Source of the DNA: Eledone cirrhosa
Lineage: Eukaryota
NCBI GenBank assembly: GCA_964016885.1
Contig: OZ024760.1
Coordinates: forward strand, 4,092,001-4,156,000
Direction of reading: 5' to 3'
Length of the DNA: 64,000 nt
Part shown: positions 60,801-64,000 of the stretch, piece after piece
Position numbering within the stretch: position 1 is the stretch's first letter
How the letters are laid out: every line of letters starts with the position of its first letter
The notes under the pieces: model-generated
Database searches by the model: none
Seen by the model: only the letters and a program-made list of their open reading frames with translations
What the model was told of the DNA's origin: nothing
Translations under genes and position numbers: made by a program

Positions 60801-61596
60801 ATACTCATACCTATAAATGTATGCATATGCACATACACACACCACACACATATACACATATGCATCAGAAAAATTCTAGTATTGCTAAATTTCTCAACAT
60901 TTTTTACCATGCTGCAAATGATTTTAAACACATAGGCATTAGAAATATGGTAAGAAAAGGGATAAATAGATGTTTAATTTATACTTACCAGAGTATTGTA
61001 AAGACTGATATCTCCTTCTAAATTGCTGTTCTTCAGTTTGAATTTGACAATTGGTACCTTGGCAGTAGTGATAGCAACAACACCATACAGTTGTTTGTTC
61101 TCGCGCAGTTTTTGTGCTAAACTCTCAATAATACACACACAGTCGAGATCCTTTTAGAGGAGGGAATAAGGAAAGAAAAGGTAGGTCATAAAATATACAA
61201 TGTTCGTAACAAGAATGGATGGACATGGTTGGAACATTATGTCTTGAGTATGTGTGTATGGGTAAGGGGTGAGGTGGGGTGTGTTTAATGATGAGTAAAG
61301 TCCATGACTTGGCTTAGAGATGGTAGTGTGTAATAGGGAGAGAGAGTGAGAGAGAAATGTAACGGAGAGAGACAGAGAGAATAAGAGAGGGAAAGAGAAT
61401 GACAGAGGACAGAAAGGGGGGAGAAATGTAATGAGAGGAGAGATAGAGTGAGAGAAAATGAGAGATATAGAGACTAAAAGACACATGGTACTTACGTCAG
61501 CATTTTGATGGTTACAGAATGTTATGCAGATGTCGAGGTCACTGTTCTGAAAGCCAAATCCATTGCATGAAGATCCAAATAAATGTAGACGAGCTT
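40506..61596 (-). CDS. TUT4/TUT7: Terminal uridylyltransferase TUT4/TUT7 (ZCCHC11/ZCCHC6)-like gene; 13 coding exons in window, 5' part lies beyond the window end
   Basis: Phase-consistent exon chain on -. NTase motif FGSSxNGFGFxxSDLD, third catalytic Asp in EGDISLYN, IGDASKGSLSSYAY, NRM IEDPFDITHNLG (UTP-selecting His present), CCHC knuckle CHACGKIGHILVEC. Confidence 0.93.
41432..41492 (-). CDS. TUT4/TUT7: TUT exon (tail)
   Basis: ttcag|GGC...AGAC|gtaagt; GSNTYPNQQMYLNSRHDQNR. Confidence 0.6.
42720..43690 (+). mobile_element. Degraded RTE LINE relic (PHD fragment and 3' UTR)
   Basis: CKSWILKRCSGIMGRLTGREDFACRRC resembles the LINE PHD; 3' UTR repeats and (GAT)n tail at 43320-43690. Confidence 0.65.
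43720..44252 (-). CDS. TUT4/TUT7: TUT exon encoding a polyQ/H tract
   Basis: gatag|GA...ACG|gtaagt; open frame PLQPSPLVP...Q/H runs...QRGPSFPNMYNMNYAGWPTDK...PSTT; phases fit both neighbours. Confidence 0.72.
44290..45015. repeat. 21-bp degenerate minisatellite (ACTATAGTATATAGCTACAGT)
   Basis: Visible periodicity; YYSTVAI repeat in ORF track. Confidence 0.9.
45145..45236 (-). CDS. TUT4/TUT7: TUT exon (low-complexity tail)
   Basis: tgcag| then the only open frame ENNNNKQDVSQQKRDNMSMNRDNWG; donor either at 45145 or 45163 (same phase). Confidence 0.6.
46127..46251 (-). CDS. TUT4/TUT7: TUT exon (CCHC zinc knuckle)
   Basis: ttcag|GAC...AACAA|gtacgg; DFYFDANRL...DRCCHACGKIGHILVECPMKR. Donor chosen for phase match with the next exon. 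Confidence 0.85.
46480..46571 (-). CDS. TUT4/TUT7: TUT exon
   Basis: tccag|TG...GGG|gtatgt; MNNYIMKTFINGRNVYGTP...TLG. Confidence 0.92.
46871..47040 (+). mobile_element. tRNA-derived SINE (same family)
   Basis: Same core; TSD ATTATTTGTGAAT. Confidence 0.85.
47344..47391 (-). CDS. TUT4/TUT7: TUT exon (nucleotide recognition motif)
   Basis: gccag|AT...AAAA|gtaagt; DPFDITHNLGAGLSRK. Confidence 0.93.
47767..49880 (+). repeat. 202-bp tandem monomer array in two blocks (5 + 4 units)
   Basis: Units start at about 47767/47969/48171/48373/48575 and 49072/49274/49476/49678; the ORF track repeats at 202-nt spacing. Confidence 0.93.
50232..53252 (+). pseudogene. LINE endonuclease-reverse transcriptase ORF with PHD finger; one in-frame stop at 52278-52280
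   Basis: MNVGTL, IQETRW, GDLNGH, DYIL, SQHR (APE); QFGF, FVDLEKAFDRV, GVHQGSVLSP, LLYADD, FRYLG (RT). The TGA corresponds to TGC in the second copy. Confidence 0.92.
53888..54062 (-). CDS. TUT4/TUT7: TUT exon (PAP-associated domain)
   Basis: tatag|AAG...GAAG|gtatga; KNTWKYCGQNKQSVAELWIGL...FYTEKFD...KCLAIE. Confidence 0.92.
54319..54691 (+). mobile_element. Ingi/Vingi-like LINE 3' fragment
   Basis: WKRLNRLRFGIGR...LAKWG...CDC...QT...LICP zinc-knuckle-like C-terminus; (AAG)n tail; candidate TSD TTACCAG. Confidence 0.7.
54697..54771 (-). CDS. TUT4/TUT7: TUT exon
   Basis: ttcag|TTA...CTG|gtaagt; LYEGEKPVHLVDSWNAWFFEDLANL. Confidence 0.9.
54888..55001 (-). CDS. TUT4/TUT7: TUT exon
   Basis: tttag|GTT...GAG|gtaaga; VCEIGDASKGSLSSYAYILMLLHYLQQCDPPVIPVLQE. 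Confidence 0.95.
55527..59014 (-). mobile_element. Second copy of the same RTE-clade LINE, 5'-truncated and frameshifted
   Basis: Very similar protein in pieces 58358-58825, 56235-58361, 55916-56332; deletions near 58385 and 56265; (ATC)n tail at 55527. Confidence 0.93.
59609..59698 (-). CDS. TUT4/TUT7: TUT exon
   Basis: tctag|GCT...AAG|gtaaga; AQHNTKLLKLYTQIDNRVSILGYALKVFAK. Confidence 0.93.
59782..60347. repeat. 33-bp minisatellite, about 17 copies
   Basis: GTTGATGTATTGTCTCTAAACAATCCATTATAG repeated. Confidence 0.95.
60989..61150 (-). CDS. TUT4/TUT7: TUT exon (third catalytic Asp)
   Basis: aaag|GAT...CTG|gtaagt; DLDCVCIIESL...ITTAKVPIVKF...LEGDISLYNTL. Confidence 0.93.
61496..61596 (-). 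CDS. TUT4/TUT7: TUT exon (NTase catalytic GS...DxD motif)
   Basis: tacag|AA...GAC|gtaagt; ARLHLFGSSCNGFGFQNSDLDICITFCNHQNAD. Confidence 0.94.
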
Positions 61597-62699
61597 CTGT
61601 AAGAGAGAAACAGTGAAAAAGTTGAGATATTGCTTTAATAGATGAGAGTGGAGCATCATAGGAAATACAACATTTAAAAGGACTCGCATGATAAACCAGT
61701 TGAATTACATACACACACACACATATATAACAAAGAAAGTGTGGTAAGAAACCAGGCGGAACTAGCTGTCGAAACGGCCAGAGTTCAGCCGTCAGGGTCC
61801 TGACTCTTTTCCTATATATATATATATATATGTAGATAAATCTACCAAGAGTTTACGGTAGTGTCCAATCCGTATGAAGAACTCAATGTATTCCGGATAT
61901 CATGGAAAGAAGAGATGTAATGAAAAATCTCTTTCGGTGAAAGATAAACGGTATACAGAGTCAAGATAAAATATTAAACAAATAATGAATAAACAATTCC
62001 TTATATTAAACAAAAAAAGTTCATTATTTAACGATCGTTTCTAGGATATATATGTGTTAGAGTTGGCATGCATATTCAACAGATCTATGTACAAAATTAT
62101 ACAAAATTATACAAACTATCAAGATTAAATATACATACCAACACATATATACGCCGTCTTCAGAAATAATGAAATATATTTATTGATAATAACAACAATT
62201 CAAACTTTCAGGTCCGTTTGGGAACAAAATTGACCAATGAAAATACAAAAAGGTTTAATGCAGTTCGGTGTGTGTATATACATGTAACAACCCTTACACA
62301 TATTTTACAAAAATGTATGCATAACCTGTATACGCATACAAAAAGGATGGATGCAAATACAAAATTTCAAGGTTAATGTCTCTGTAAGTTTATAATACAC
62401 AGATAAGATGCGTATAGATACATAAATATGAAATAAGTGTATACACATATTTTCATACTAACACATATCCGTACAATCACACATACACGCGCGTATATGC
62501 ATAAACATACACATAAACTACGAACATACAAACACACACACACCCCCACTCACATATATATATGTGGATATAAAATCCTAAGCACATGGATATTAATTCA
62601 CTCACATAAACACTGGCACACACATTTAGATAAAGATACAGAAATTAGGTGGGAGGGGGGGGAGAGAGGTCAGTATTCAACGGTTTGGGCTGACTGCTT

Positions 62700-62814
62700 A
62701 ATATAGATGTATCTATAAACTAAGAAAATAAAAAATAATAAATAATAAATAAACATTAAAAAGGAAAGAAAAGAAAAAGAAAAAAGAAAAAAGAAAAAAG
62801 AAATATATCAAGAA

Positions 62815-62876
<62 letters not shown>

Positions 62877-62973
62877 TATACATACACACACACACACACA
62901 TATATATACATACACATATACAAACACATACATACATATACACACATACACATAAATACACATATATATATAT

Positions 62974-63024
<51 letters not shown>

Positions 63025-63474
63025 CACTCATACATACACATATAATCACACATACTATATAGACACACATATATATACACTCATACACACACATATACAT
63101 ACACTTACATACATATATACATACAGATATACACATACATACCTATATATACACACAAATACATACAGACATATATACATACATACAGACAAATACTTAC
63201 GCATCTATATATCGGTATATACATACAAACACCACTACACTCTCACACAACTCAGACATACAAAGAAAAAGGTATATACCCATACACACATACACATACA
63301 TACACATACATACATGTACACACACATAGATATATATACACACATACACACATACACATACATATATAGTCATACACACACATACACCTACACGAACATA
63401 CACATACACATATACAAAGATATATATACACACATACACACACATACACACATATATATATATAAAAAAAATAA

Positions 63475-63539
<65 letters not shown>

Positions 63540-63874
63540 CATACACATACATACACACATACATAGACATATATGTACATACATACATATACATAGATAC
63601 ATACACACACATACATACATATATATATATATACACACATAGACATATACATACATACACACACAACATACATACACACATATATACTCATACATAGAAT
63701 TAGATATATAATCATACATACATACGCACTTACATATACTCATATATACAAATACAAACGCATCCATATATGCGTATATACATAGAAACGCCACTACACC
63801 CTCACCCAACTCAGACATCCAAAGAAAAAGGCATATACATATACATATATACACGCATTAATAGAGATATATAT

Positions 63875-63920
<46 letters not shown>

Positions 63921-64000
63921 ACTTATATACATATACCCACACACACATACAACCATAAATACACATACAAACACCCACATATATATATATATACACACAC
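62700..64000. repeat. (TA)n/(CA)n compound microsatellite field
   Basis: Directly visible. Confidence 0.9.

Noticed and set aside
62660-62715. Possible GIY-YIG C-terminal remnant on - strand
   Set aside because: Too short and degenerate to support.

Overview
AT-rich, microsatellite-dense animal genomic DNA. The repeat landscape suggests an octopus or other cephalopod, but that is inference. Two convergent spliced genes were reconstructed by hand from GT-AG sites and exon phase. On +, the 3' 13 coding exons of an AREL1-like filamin/HECT E3 ligase (313-11776). On -, the 3' 13 coding exons of a TUT4/TUT7-like terminal uridylyltransferase (61596-40506) with a polyQ/H tail. Mobile DNA includes a DD37D (maT) Tc1/mariner with an open ORF, two RTE-clade LINE copies with a PHD finger inside the RT region, CR1-like and Ingi/Vingi-like 3' fragments, tRNA-SINEs, several MITE families and minisatellites. 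The most notable signals are: (1) several unrelated short, often fold-back elements beside (TA)n tracts that carry hammerhead-ribozyme cores (CTGANGA...GAAA...NTH), probably Penelope-like or retrozyme relics; (2) the two LINEs form a ~3.4 kb inverted repeat around three TUT exons; (3) a ~200-bp monomer array heads the longer LINE. Most entries in the ORF track are microsatellite artefacts.
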